A DNA stretch of 64,000 nucleotides. Source: Octopus sinensis (lineage: Eukaryota). Positions 1 to 13,035 of the stretch are shown here, piece by piece. Positions within the stretch are counted from its first letter, which is position 1. Each line of letters opens with the position of its first letter. The translations under genes and the position numbers were made by a program. The stretch spans positions 90,706,001 to 90,770,000 of the forward strand of contig NC_043003.1 of assembly GCF_006345805.1 (NCBI RefSeq). The letters run 5' to 3'. Under the pieces are notes generated by a model, which worked only from the letters and a program-made list of their open reading frames with translations, made no database searches and had not been told where the DNA came from.

Positions 1-404
1 CCAGTGTTTTGACTTGTTGAGTCTACTCAGCCAAACCACCCAGGAGTAATGAATTTAACAAAAGCTTTTGATTCTAGTTTATGAATGCACATTAGTCTGA
101 ATGGAGAAGTGGTCCCCTAATGATGAAATGCTACACTGATTAGCATAATTTATGTTCAAATCTATCAGAATATATTAAGAATGAATATTTATGTCATTTT
201 TCTGATTCTCTCTGTTTACATATATTTACATGTATATATGTGTAGGGGTAGGTACATCAGTATGATTAAGAAGCTTGTTTCCCATGTGGTTTTGGGTTCA
301 ATTCTACTGCACAGCATCTTGCCCAATTGTCTTCTACTACAGTCTTGGGTCAATCAAATCATTGTAAGGGGATTTAATAGACAAAAACTGAAAGAAACTC
401 ATTG

Positions 405-471
<67 letters not shown>

Positions 472-555
472 TGTAGATCGTATACAAGTGGGTAATATTT
501 ATAAAAAAGAAGTTTGAAAACGCCACTTTATAAGATAAATCTTAATTTTCTTAGA

Positions 556-602
556 AATTTTACATGTTTCGGTTCTTGAAAAAGTGAACCTTATCAAAAA
601 TA
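556..602 (-). ncRNA. Decayed hammerhead remnant (Penelope-like pLTR type)
   Basis: Minus: ATTT-TTGATAA-GGTTC(ACTTTTTCAA)GAACC-GAAAC-AT-GTA-AAAT. Stem II is a perfect 5 bp and stem III is the palindrome ACATGT, but the core has 2 mismatches to CUGAUGA. Confidence 0.4.
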
Positions 603-965
603 TTTTAAAAAGTTAAGTGTAATAAAAAAGTTCATAATTGTTTCTTACTGGTCTCAATAGAATCCATGTGGTGGTGTTTTATGGGCTCAGTAAGCATAAT
701 AGCTGTAAATTTAAAGTTGAGTGTAATAAAAAAAGTTAATAATTCTTTCTTACTGGTCTCAACAGAATCCATGTGGTTGTTTTTAGTTGTCCTATGTGTC
801 CGAATGACCAGTGGCTGAAATGGCAGTAGCAGCAGTGACTGTTGGTCATAGTAGTAGTAACCGTGGTGTTGGTTGGGGTTGCAGCAGCTCATTGGTTGTA
901 GCAGTGTGTGTGTATATATGTGTGTGTGTGTATGTGCACGTGTGCATGTGTGTCTATGTGTGTGC

Positions 966-1343
966 AGAGGTACAATGGCCTCATGGTTAGGGCAGTGGAC
1001 TCGCGGTTATAGGATCGCTGTTTCAATTCCCAGACTGGGCGTTGTGAGTGTTTATTGAGCAAAAACACCAAAAGCTCCACAAGGCTCCAGCAGGTGGTGG
1101 TGGCGAACCCTGCTGTACTCTTTCACCACAACTTCTCTCACTCTTTCTTCCTGTTTCTGTTGTACTTGTATTTCAAAGGGCCAGCATTGTCACACACTGT
1201 GTCCGGCTGAATCTTCCTGAGAACTAAATTAAAGGTACTCATGTCTGTGGAGTGCTCAGCCACTCACACGTTAATTTCATGAGCAGACTGTTCCATTGAT
1301 CGGATCAACTGGAACCCTCATTGTCATAACCAATGGAGTGCCA
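966..1343 (+). mobile_element. tRNA-head SINE, family D (middle M2 + tail T1)
   Basis: A-box-like TGGCCTCATGGTTAGGG, B-box-like GTTTCAATTCC, and tail TTGTACTTGTATTTCAAAGGG...GGAGTGCCA. Confidence 0.8.
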
Positions 1344-1366
1344 CGATATATATATATATATATAAA

Positions 1367-1582
1367 GGCGGCGAGCTGGCAGAGACGTTAGCACGCCGGG
1401 CGAAATGCGTAGCCGTATTTCGTCTGCCGCTACGTTGTGAGTTCAAATTCCGCTGAGGTCGACTTTACCTTTCATCCTTTCGGGGTCGATTAAATAAGTA
1501 CCAGTTACGCACTGGGGTCGATATAATCGACTTAATTCGTTTGTTTGTCCTCTCTGTGTTTAGCCCCTTGTGGGTAGTAAAG

Positions 1583-1586
<4 letters not shown>
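1367..1586 (+). mobile_element. tRNA-derived SINE family A (young, CpG-rich)
   Basis: GGCGGCGAGCTGGCAGA...GAGTTCAAATTCC...CCTTTCATCCTTTCGGGGTCGATTAAATAAGTACCAG...AGTAAAGAAATA. It differs from the 21116 copy by about a dozen substitutions and one indel. Confidence 0.9.
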
Positions 1587-1648
<62 letters not shown>

Positions 1649-1689
1649 TTATATATATATTTATATATATGTGTGTGTGTATATATATA

Positions 1690-2750
1690 TCTGTATATAT
1701 ATAAGGCAGAATGTGTGTGTGTGTATATATGTGTGTGTGTGTACGTGAATGTAGTTTATGCACGTCCACAAATTAGCATGCATGTCACCCCAATTTTAGG
1801 AGGACATTCGTCACCACACTACCTGGGTTTTGTCAACTTATTTTTCCTGAGGCACCCACGAATACCGGTAAAAATCAATTTTCAACCATAACTTTTACTA
1901 ATTTTGAAGCTTGCTAACATGGGTTAAGTCCCTTCTTGCCATAGCAAAGTGAAAATGTGTGTGTGTATGTGTGAGGGAGAGAGAAGTTGTGTGTTGATGT
2001 ATGTGTGGGTGTGTGAGGAAGAGAGAAAAGTTGTATGTTGATGTATGTGTGTGTGTGTGTGTGTCAGGGAGGGAGAGAGAGAGAGTGTTTGACAGCGTTT
2101 AACAAAAAAGTAAAGAAAAAGTATGTGTAAGGAAGAGAGGGAGAGAGTTTGACAGCGTCTAACAAAAGAAAAATGGTATAGACAAAGCGTGAGGAGAGAG
2201 AGAGAGAGTGACAACGTTCATCAAAAATAAAAATGTAAAATGTTCCGTTTTTTTCTTAAACACAAGATATAGTCTTCAAATTTTGGAATGATTTTGAAAG
2301 ACACTTTATTTCATAATCAGATTATATATACTTTCTCACACAACAATTAAAAGATATTTTAAATCATTTATTTATTTTAAATCGTTCATGTTTCTCCCCC
2401 CTCCCACACACACATTATTTTGGGTGTGAAAGAGTTTTGTTTTTATTTTGATCCGAGGAAAAAGTGTTTTGTTGAGAATCTATTTATTTAACAACAAAGA
2501 AACAAAGTGATAGGTAACAATTTGACAGTGAATTACACAATATAAATGGGTACAATTTCCGAGGCTTCCACCACACCCCACCCCGTTTTTCGGACTACAA
2601 AAAGGACTTTGTAGCATATTAGGAGGCCAGAGTAGTTGATTCCATGTAAAAAATCCGATTTTTGTCTTAGTGAAAATCGTGGGAGTGTTGATCTACAAAT
2701 TTACCAACATTTTTTCCATTCATTTCTGTTTATGAACATGTATGCACACA

Positions 2751-2789
<39 letters not shown>

Positions 2790-2914
2790 GTACATACCAA
2801 TATCAATGGATTTTGCCCAAATTTGACGTCGATGTTAGTTTGGTTGGAAATAAAGAACTTGATTAGCTTAATAATCCTAACTTAATCCCGGGCAAAGCTG
2901 GGTTATACTGCTAG
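1690..2914 (+). mobile_element. Non-autonomous Helitron
   Basis: 5' end A|TCTGTATATATATAAGGCAG; 3' hairpin CCCGGGCAAAGCTGGG followed by CTAG|T. The 3' end is clear; its pairing with this 5' end is inferred. Confidence 0.65.
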
Positions 2915-2937
2915 TATATATATATATATGTGTACAT

Positions 2938-3240
2938 GTGAAGGCACATGGCTCAGTGGTTAAGGTGTTGCAATCATGATTGTGAGGTCATGGGTTCAAT
3001 TCCCAGACCAGGTGTTGCATTGCGCTCTTGAGCAAGGCACTTCATTTCATGTTGTTCTGCAATCATTTCATCATCTGACATGTGGCACTCGTTGCACCTG
3101 TACAGGTAATGTTGATTTGATGTAGGGAGTGAACTTATGTATATACATACATTTGATCACTATAAACAAATCATCTGTGTGGTTGTTCAATAAGAAATTG
3201 TCAAACCCTCATACATCATCTAATGATGGGAGAGTTCATA
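2938..3240 (+). mobile_element. tRNA-head SINE, family D (CORE-like middle + third tail)
   Basis: TGGCTCAGTGGTTAAGG...GGTTCAATTCC...CTTGAGCAAGGCACTTCATTTCA. Confidence 0.75.
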
Positions 3241-3274
<34 letters not shown>

Positions 3275-3384
3275 CTGTGTGCGTGTTACTTTGTCTTGAC
3301 ATCACATCATGGTTGTTGATGAGTGTCAACATCATACAAGTGATGTTGTTCATTTCTAATCTTCCATAAAAAATAATAATTGGC

Positions 3385-3510
3385 CTCACAAGTCATACGA
3401 TGTGTAAAGCCTTTGGAAGTCTGGACATTTCAGAAGCTTGCAGAAGAAGAGCCATCATAAACAACATAGAAGCTGCTGAGAAAGCATCTTGTTGGCTCTG
3501 GTTGAAAAGA
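3385..3510 (+). mobile_element. C-terminal fragment of an RLE-type (HERO-like) LINE
   Basis: SHTMCKAFGSLDISEACRRRAIINNIEAAEKASCWLWLKR matches the typical ..RRRAI....EAAEKASRWLWLKR C-terminus. Confidence 0.7.
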
Positions 3511-4110
3511 TTGGTTAGTTCATTAAGTACAGTGAAGTTTGTTTTGTTGAGAAGGTCTAATAAGACAGAAACTTACTTGTCCAAGACTCAAAATGATATT
3601 ACTCCATGAAAAATATTATTTTCTTTTTTCTCGCAACATAATTATTTCTAATTAAACTTGTGAAACTTCCTGTTATTTTAACATTAACTTATGTTGCTAA
3701 CACTAACATAACTTGGTTTGAGCAATTTCTATATTGAAGTCATAAGTTGTATAATTTTCTTTGCTGTACTAAATTCATCAGAGGTTATGAAATAACTAAA
3801 ATAAATTGATTAAAAGGATGTTCAGTTGTTTATCCAATCAAAATTATATGGGTTCTCATAAGTTAGGCAAAACTGTATATTTTACAAAAGAAAATCTTAC
3901 CCAGTTGTGAGACATGGAGTATTAGTGGCATGTTTATTTTATTATTGCTTATTTTTTTATTGTTCACATTTTATTTATTAGCAGTTCAGCAAAAGAGAAT
4001 GAGCGAATAAGTAACAAGCTTTAAAAAAGTACTAGGGTCAATTTGTTTGACTAAAATTCTTCAAAGCGCTTCCCCAGCACGTCCACAATCTAATAACTGA
4101 AATAAGTATC

Positions 4111-4370
4111 TGTTGTGATGAGAGTTACGATGCCCCCCCCCCTTGCTAGAGATGGACTGGTCTGAGTAAAGTATAAATAGTAACGATCTGAGTGAGTTGG
4201 AGGCTCAGAGTTTGGAGTCAAGTGAAGTTAGTTTGCAGTGAAGTTGGAAGTTGGTTAGTTCACAAGGAATATTGATTTTTAGTTTATAAAGAGATTTGTT
4301 AGTTCGTTACATTGTTTTTACTGTTGTCTGGTTATCTTATTTATTGTACATAACAAATTATGTAACAACA
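4111..4370 (+). mobile_element. Solo LTR (260 bp)
   Basis: TGTTG...CAACA termini, an internal TATAAATA, and flanks GTATC / TTATC (5-bp TSD with 1 mismatch). Confidence 0.75.
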
Positions 4371-5798
4371 TTATCAAAGTAATGATCAGGCAATCACTAA
4401 GTAAATGTATAATTTAATAATAATTTTGCTTGTCATAGCATTATTTAGCCCATCAGTAAGGCTTTCATGTGATTAGAGAAAAAGAAGGAGAAAGAAAAGA
4501 AGGAGAGAGAAAAAGAGGGAAGGAAAAAAGAGGGAGAAAGAGGTGTCCATGATGTGAGGTAGAGAGAATGTAATTGTAATGCTTTCACATGATTAGTCAA
4601 AGGGAAAGAGAGCAGAAAGAAAAAAGAGAGAGAAAAGAGACTAAGGTGAAGAGTGAGACAGAAAGAGGGAGAAAGAAAAAGAGGGAGAGAGAAGCATCCA
4701 TAATATGCAGTAGAGGGAATGCAATATTTATTACATCGTTGAAAAAGTTAGTTGAAGTTAGAGGTGAAGAGTTACAAATATAATTTTAGCAGAGGGGTGA
4801 TGTTCTGATGATAAGGTTAAAGAAAGGCAGAGAGAGAGAGAGAGGGGGAGGAGAGAGAGAGGGAGAGAGGAGAGAGAGGAGAGAGATGAGGGAGAGAGGA
4901 GATGGATGAGGGAGAGAAAGAGGGTAGAGAGAGAGGAGGGAGAGGGAGGAGGGAATAAAGTGGGGAGAGAAAAAGGAGGAAGAGAGAGATGATAGTGGTG
5001 GTGGAGATGGATGTGGTGGTGGTGGTCATTGGATAGTGAAAAGTGTATTTTTTTAAAAACTTCAACTGTTTCTTAAAACACCTATCACTTAAGGTGTGCA
5101 CATAAGTGAAATTACATGAAATATTCACACTTATTTACATGGCAAATATATGTAATTTAATTAAAGGTTGTATCATATGTACAAGATATTTTTTCTGTTC
5201 ATGGGGAAAATGGAAAGATAAGAGTGAATATTTATTATATGAGAGCTGTGTACTAACTCTATAAAATTATGCATAAAGTATATAAAGTGAATATATAAAG
5301 TGCATTAAATAATTATCATATTCATATTTCTCTCACTTTTCAATGAGTAGCAGATGAGTGACTATCTTTCCATATAGACACAACACAGGCTACGCTTTCA
5401 GGTTTTTAGATAAAGTTTTCAAAAATAATCCAATAGATATAACATTAATTCCATGAAGTATTCACAGGTCTCACTAGTAATGTATAATTGTATGTGTGGA
5501 AAAGTAAAAATATTCAGAGTATAAATTTTTCCTAGAAGCTATCGGTAAGGAAAAAAAAACCCCAATAGATTAGGATTAACATAATCGAAGAAGAAAACAT
5601 CAAAAATTTAACTACAAAATAGGTAAAAAAGAAAGCGAATTAGTCACTGAGTATTGTTTGTTTTGTTTCTTTAGGTGTGTAGAGCGGAGAACTGAAGACA
5701 TATATCAGTATACATACTCATTTGTTAACATAGCCTGACATACTCATTTACTCATATCCTGACATACTCATTTGATTCTATTTTAACATACTTATTCG

Positions 5799-8700
5799 CT
5801 CATTTTCTGACATACTCATTTAATCATTTATGATATAGTCATACACTCATTTTCTGACATACTCTTTTAATCATTTGTGATATAATCATTCACTCATTTT
5901 CTGACATACTCATTTAATCATTTATGATATAGTCATACACTCATTTTCAGACATACTCCTTTAATCATTTGTGATATAATCATTCACTCATTTTCTGACA
6001 TACTCCTTTAATCATTTGTGATATAATCATTCACTCATTTTCTGACATACTCATTTAATCATTTATGATATAGTCATACACTCATTTTCTGACATACTCC
6101 TTTAATCATTTATGATATAATCATTCACTCATTTTCTGACATACTCATTTAATCATTTGTGATATAATCATTCACTCATTTTCTGACATACTCATTTAAT
6201 CATTTATGATATAGTCATACACTCATTTTCTAACATACTCCTTTAATCATTTGTGATATAATCATTCACTCATTTTCTGACATACTCATTTAATCATTTA
6301 TGATATAGTCATCCACTCATTTTCTGACATACTCATTTAATCATTTATGATATAGTCATACACTCATTTTCTGACATACTCCTTTAATCATTTGTGATAT
6401 AATCATTCACTCATTTTCTGACATACTCATTTAATCATTTATGATATAGTCATACACTCATTTTCTGACATACTCATTTAATCATTTATGATATAGTCAT
6501 ACACTCATTTTCTGACATACTCCTTTAATCATTTGTGATATAATCATTCACTCATTTTCTGACATACTCATTTAATCATTTATGATATAGTCATACACTC
6601 ATTTCTGACATACTCATTTAATCATTTATGATATAGTCATACACTCATTTCTGACATACTCCTTTAATCATTTGTGATATAATCATCACTCATTTTCTGA
6701 CATACTCCTTAATCATTTGTGATATAATCATTCACTCATTTTCTGACATACTCTTTTAATCATTTATGATATAGTCATACACTCATTTTCTGACATACTC
6801 ATTTAATCATTTATGATATAGTCATACACTCATTTTCTGACATACTCCTTTAATCATTTGTGATATAATCATTCACTCATTTTCTGACATACTCATTTAA
6901 TCATTTGTGATATAGTCATACACTCATTTACCGACATACTCCTTTAATCATTTGTGATATAGTCATACACTTATTATCTGACATACTCCTTTAATCATTT
7001 ATGATATAGTCATACACTCATTTTCTGACATACTCATTTAATCATTTGTGATATAGTCATACACTCATTTTCTGACATACTCATTTAATCATTTATGATA
7101 TAGTCATACACTTATTATCTGACATACTCCTTTAATCATTTATGATATAGTCATACACTCATTTTCTGACATACTCCTTTAATCATTTGTGATATAATCA
7201 TTCACTCATTTTCTGACATACTCATTTAATCATTTGTGATATAGTCATCCACTCATTTTCTGACATACTCATTTAATCATTTATGATATAGTCTTAACTC
7301 ATTTTCTGACATACTCATTTAATTATCATTTATGATATAATCATTCACTCATTTTCTGACATACTCATTTAATCATTTGTGATATAATCATTCACTCATT
7401 TTCTGACATACTCATTTAATCATTTGTGATATAATCATTCACTCATTTTCTGACATACTCATTTAATCATTTGTGATATAATCATTCACTCATTTTCTGA
7501 CATACTCATTTAATCATTTGTGATATAATCATTCACTCATTTTCTGACATACTCATTTATCATTTGTGATATAATCATTCACTCATTTTCTGACATACTC
7601 ATTTAATCATTGTGATATAATCATTCACTCATTTTCTGACATACTCATTTAATCATTTGTGATATAATCATTCACTCATTTTCTGACATACTCATTTAAT
7701 CATTTGTGATATAATCATTCACTCATTTTCTGACATACTCATTTAATCATTTATGATATAATCATTCACTCATTTTCTGACATACTCATTTAATCATTTG
7801 TGATATAATCATTCACTCATTTTCTGACATACTCATTTAATCATTTGTGATATAATCATTCACTCATTTTCTGACATACTCCTTTAATCATTTGTGATAT
7901 AATCATTCACTCATTTTCTGACATACTCATTTAATCATTTATGATATAATCATTCACTCATTTTCTGACATACTCATTTAATCATTTGTGATATAATCAT
8001 TCACTCATTTTCTGACATACTCCTTTAATCATTTGTGATATAATCATTCACTCATTTTCTGACATACTCATTTAATCATTTGTGATATAGTCATCCACTC
8101 ATTTTCTGACATACTCATTTAATCATTTATGATATAGTCATACACTCATTTTCTGACATACTCATTTAATCATTTATGATATAATCATTCACTCATTTTC
8201 TGACATACTCATTTAATCATTTGTGATATAATCATTCACTCATTTTCTGACATACTCATTTAATCATTTGTGATATAATCATTCACTCATTTTCTGACAT
8301 ACTCATTTAATCATTTGTGATATAATCATTCACTCATTTTCTGACATACTCATTTAATCATTTGTGATATAATCATTCACTCATTTTCTGACATACTCAT
8401 TTAATCATTTGTGATATAATCATTCACTCATTTTCTGACATACTCATTTAATCATTTGTGATATAATCATTCACTCATTTTCTGACATACTCATTTAATC
8501 ATTTGTGATATAATCATTCACTCATTTTCTGACATACTCATTTAATCATTTGTGATATAATCATTCACTCATTTTCTGACATACTCATTTAATCATTTGT
8601 GATATAATCATTCACTCATTTTCTGACATACTCTTTAATCATTTGTGATATAATCATTCACTCATTTTCTGACATACTCATTAATCATTTGTGATATAAT

Positions 8701-9797
8701 CATTCACTCATTTTCTGACATACTCATTTAATCATTTGTGATATAATCATTCACTCATTTTCTGACATACTCATTTAATCATTTGTGATATAATCATTCA
8801 CTCATTTTCTGACATACTCATTTATCATTTGTGATATAATCATTCACTCATTTTCTGACATACTCATTTAATCATTTATGATATAATCATTCACTCATTT
8901 TCTGACATACTCATTTAATCATTTGTGATATAATCATTCACTCATTTTCTGACATACTCATTTAATCATTTGTGATATAATCATTCACTCATTTTCTGAC
9001 ATACTCCTTTAATCATTTGTGATATAATCATTCACTCATTTTGACATACTCATTTAATCATTTATGATATAATCATTCACTCATTTTCTGACATACTCAT
9101 TAATCATTTGTGATATAATCATTCACTCATTTTCTGACATACTCATTTAATCATTTGTGATATAATCATTCACTCATTTTCTGACATACTCATTTAATCA
9201 TTTGTGATATAATCATTCACTCATTTTCTGACATACTCATTTAATCATTTGTGATATAATCATTCACTCATTTTCTGACATACTCCTTTAATCATTTGTG
9301 ATATAATCATTCACTCATTTTCTGACATACTCCTTTAATCATTTGTGATATAATCATTCACTCATTTTCTGACATACTCATTTAATCATTTATGATATAA
9401 TCATTCACTCATTTTCTGACATACTCATTTAATCATTTATGATATAGTCATACACTCATTTTCTGACATACTCATTTAATCATTTGTGATATAATCATTC
9501 ACTCATTTTCTGACATACTCATTTAATCATTTATGATATAGTCATACACTCATTTTCTGACATACTCATTTAATCATTTATGATATAGTCATACACTCAT
9601 TTTCTGACATACTCATTTAATCATTTATGATATAGTCATACACTCATTTTCTGAGATACTCCTTTAATCATTTGTGATATAATCATTCACTCATTTTCTG
9701 ACATACTCCTTTAATCATTTGTGATATAGTCATACACTCATTTTCTGACATACTCATTTAATCATTTATGATAGTCATACACTCATTTTCTGACATT
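5799..9797. repeat. 47-bp tandem satellite, ~85 units
   Basis: Unit CTCATTTTCTGACATACTCATTTAATCATTTGTGATATAATCATTCA, with variant ...TTTATGATATAGTCATACA. Degenerate related units occur at 5708-5798, 9800-9850, 10085-10125 and 10395-10500. Confidence 0.98.
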
Positions 9798-10129
9798 TTT
9801 ATTTATAATTATGATGAACTCATTTGCTCATATTCTGACGTTCTCATTTGGCACCTGTGCCTATGACCTGCAAAAGGCACCCTTTCTGGTGAAATGTTAG
9901 AGGCACCTGTGCTAATGACATGTTAATGGTACCCATGCCAGTGGCATGTAAAAGATACCCAGTACACTCCATCCAGCCATAGAAATGAAGCTAAAACAGA
10001 CTGAAGCCTAGTGCAGCTCTGCAGCTTACCGGTTCCAGGCAAACTGTCTAACGCATGCCAGCATGGATGCTAAATGATGATGATGCACTCATTCATTCAT
10101 ATTCTGACATTCTCATTTACTCTTACTGT

Positions 10130-10375
10130 GGAGGCCTGTTGCTTAGTGGTTAGGGTGTTGAACTTAAGATTGTAAGATTGTAATCTTGATTCCTGGACCA
10201 AGCAACTAGTTGTGTTCTTGAGGAAAACACTTTATTTCATGTTGCTGAGTCTACTCAGCTGGCAAAAATGAGTAATCCTGTGATGGACTGGCATTCTTTC
10301 CAGGTGGGGAATATATGCACCATGAAACCGGGAAACCAGCTCTTTTGAATTGGTGTGACTCAAGAAGGTAACTTT
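10130..10375 (+). mobile_element. tRNA-head SINE, family D (M1 + T2)
   Basis: GCTTAGTGGTTAGGG...CTTGAGGAAAACACTTTATTTCA...CTCAGCTGGCAAAAATGAG then CCTGTGATGGACTGGC...GAAACCGGGAAACC. Confidence 0.75.
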
Positions 10376-11250
10376 TAAAATTTTATTTACTCTTTTTCTA
10401 ACATACTCATTCACTCATATTCTAACATACTCATATACTTATATTCTGACAAGCTCATTCACTCATGCACTGGCGCACTCATTTACACATATGCTCTGAC
10501 TCTGCCTAATCACACTTAAAGTTACAGCCATTTGAAATTCCTTCCCCTTCAACATTGTTCCTGTAAATATCTGTCCAAAAACTATTCAAATTCATTTGCA
10601 ATCTCAGCAGAGTGGTCTGGGAGTTCCTCCAAAGGTCACTGGTATAGCTGCTGGGAAATCCTTCAAAGGCCATTGCTGCTGCTGGGATGGTTCTCAAAGG
10701 CCATAGCCATTGTCACTTCTCTTCCCTCCTCTGAATACAAATAAAATGACTACATATATTACTCTGCTGTACAGTGAAATATTGTGATGCAATGAGACAC
10801 ACTTTCATATTCATACTTAGATTTACTGCCCTAAATATACTAAATATGCATATGTACATATTCAGATATACAGCTCAATGATATTTCATACGTACATATT
10901 TAGATATATAGCCTTATATACACAGAAGGGCATACTGATATGTACTTTGTTTAATCTAACACATGAGCACAACCTAAAGGCTAAAATAGCTCTAAATTCA
11001 GATGTGCTTTTCACTGTTTAAAGTTATTGTTCTAACCATCAAATTACACAACCATTGGACAAAAACGTTGACATGAGTGATCTTGCAGGGAATTCCCTTA
11101 CCTTACCATGCGACCATCCCCAACCAGTTAATTGATTGTATTCTGAGTCACATTCTTTCTATAAAAACAAATGGTTTTTTACAACAGCCAGAAAAGACAC
11201 CATTTGCAACACAGCTCCACACCAGTTAAGTGCATGTGTATATATATACA

Positions 11251-11657
11251 GGCACAGGAGTGACTGCATGGTAAGTAGCTTGCTTACCAACCACATGGTT
11301 CTGGGTTCAATCCCACTGTGTGGCATCTTGGGCAAGTTCTTCTACTATAGTCTTGGGCCAACCAAAGACTTGTGAGTGGATTTGGTAGAGGGAAACTGAA
11401 AGAAGCCTGTTGTATATATATATATATATATGTATGCATGTATATGTTTGTGTGTCTGTGTTTGTCATCCCAACGTCGCTTGACAACCAATGCTGGTGTG
11501 TTTATATCCCCATCATTTAGCGGTTCGGCAAGAGAGACTGATAGAATAAGTACTAAGCTTACAAAGAATAAGTCCTGGGATCGAATTGCTCAACTAAAGG
11601 TGATGCTCCAGCATGGCTGCAGTCAAATGACTGAAAAAAATAAAAGAATAAAAGATT
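11251..11657 (+). mobile_element. Composite SINE family B (tRNA-like head, CORE-like CCTTGGGCAAG body, internal microsatellite, conserved tail)
   Basis: GGAGTGACTGCATGGTAAG...GGGTTCAATCCCACTG...TTGGGCAAG...(TA/TG)n...GATAGAATAAGTAC...CCAGCATGGCTGCAGTCAAATGACTGAAA. Confidence 0.9.
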
Positions 11658-11834
11658 AAAATAATACATATTTTAAATTTAAATAAATTCTCAGACATTC
11701 TCTGTGCATTTTCAACTTCATTTATTTATTCAGTACCACTGCTCATTTGGACCAGATTTTGGTATGTATGTATGTATGTATGTATGTATATATGTATGTA
11801 TGTATGTATATATGTATGTGTGTATGTATGTGTG

Positions 11835-11868
<34 letters not shown>

Positions 11869-11947
11869 TGTGTGTGTGTATGTATGTATGTATGTGTGTA
11901 TGTATGTATGTATGTTTGTATGTATGTACGTATGTTTGTATGTTTGT

Positions 11948-12353
11948 AACAAAAAGGGCGGAGGAACTCTTGAGAGTCAACAGTCATCCAATAAATGTCT
12001 TAAGGCTGTATCATGCACGGGAACATAGAAATAATCAGACTGAATAACCGATCGCGTGGTTAAACCATTTGGAGTGAAGGACTCCTAGCCTTTGTTAGGG
12101 CATCCTTCTAGGAGAAGGTAACTCAGGTAACTGGGATAACTCCGACATAAAACCTGCGGCTCAGTGGTTACCGATGATGTTGACTTGTTCTTCTTTTCGG
12201 ATTATGGCTGCTGTTGCTTAGTGAGTGGGATTGACTCAGTGCACAGCCTTTCTTCACTTTAAAAAAAAAGTCTTCTTGCACAGGCATTGCACGATAACAA
12301 CATTGATTAAGCTTTGTGCAATGGCCATACTCGATAACGAGGGGGCAGCCACC
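11948..12353 (+). mobile_element. Unclassified non-coding retroelement E, copy 1, within (TATG)n
   Basis: 12013-12353 closely matches 44745-45082. Both end GGGGCAGCCACC followed by (TGTA)n. Confidence 0.8.
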
Positions 12354-12364
12354 TTGTATATATG

Positions 12365-12398
<34 letters not shown>

Positions 12399-12749
12399 TG
12401 TATGTGTGTGTGTGTGTATGTATATTTGTATGTTTGTTTGTATGTATGTATGTATGTATGTATGTATGTATGTATGTATGTATGTTGACCTTAGCGAAAT
12501 TTGAACTTAGAACATAAAGAGAAATGAAATGCTAAGGGTTGACAAAAATATTATGAACAATACAGTAAAAAGTATGTGAAAAATGAGAATAACAATAAAA
12601 AAGAAATGATAAATTCCAAACAATTAATAATTCCTCAAAAGGGCGAGACCTTTGAGGGTTATTGGTAGAAACCTCACCTAGCCATGGTCACCCAAAGGCA
12701 AGTAATTTTTCAATGAACTTATTGTATACAGTATTTATATACATTGTGT

Positions 12750-13035
12750 GGAGACACGTGGCCTAGTGGTTAGAGCAGTGGACTCGTGGTCAAGGAATCG
12801 CGGGTTCGAATCTAAGACCGAGTGATGTGTGTGTTAATGAGTGAAACACCTAAGTTCCACGTGGCTCCGGCAGAAGGTAATGGCAAACTTCTGCTGATTC
12901 TTTCGCCACAACTTTCTCTCACAACTTTCAGCTCACCTGCGACAGACTGGCGTCCCATCTGGGTGGAGAACCTGTACGCCAAGGAAACTGGGAAACTGGC
13001 CCTTATGAGCCAGGTATGGCTTGAGAAGGAACAAA
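12750..13035 (+). mobile_element. tRNA-head SINE, family D (M2 + T2)
   Basis: TGGCCTAGTGGTTAGAGC...GGGTTCGAATC; CTCCGGCAG...CCACAACTTTCTCTCA; CCTGCGACAGACTGGCG...GAAACTGGGAAACTGG. Confidence 0.8.

Noticed and set aside
5799-9797. CRISPR-like regular array
   Set aside because: Units are contiguous with no unique spacers, the context is eukaryotic and there are no cas genes; it is a satellite.
12755-12815. tRNA gene-like A/B boxes here and in other SINE heads
   Set aside because: No complete cloverleaf, and each continues into SINE body sequence.
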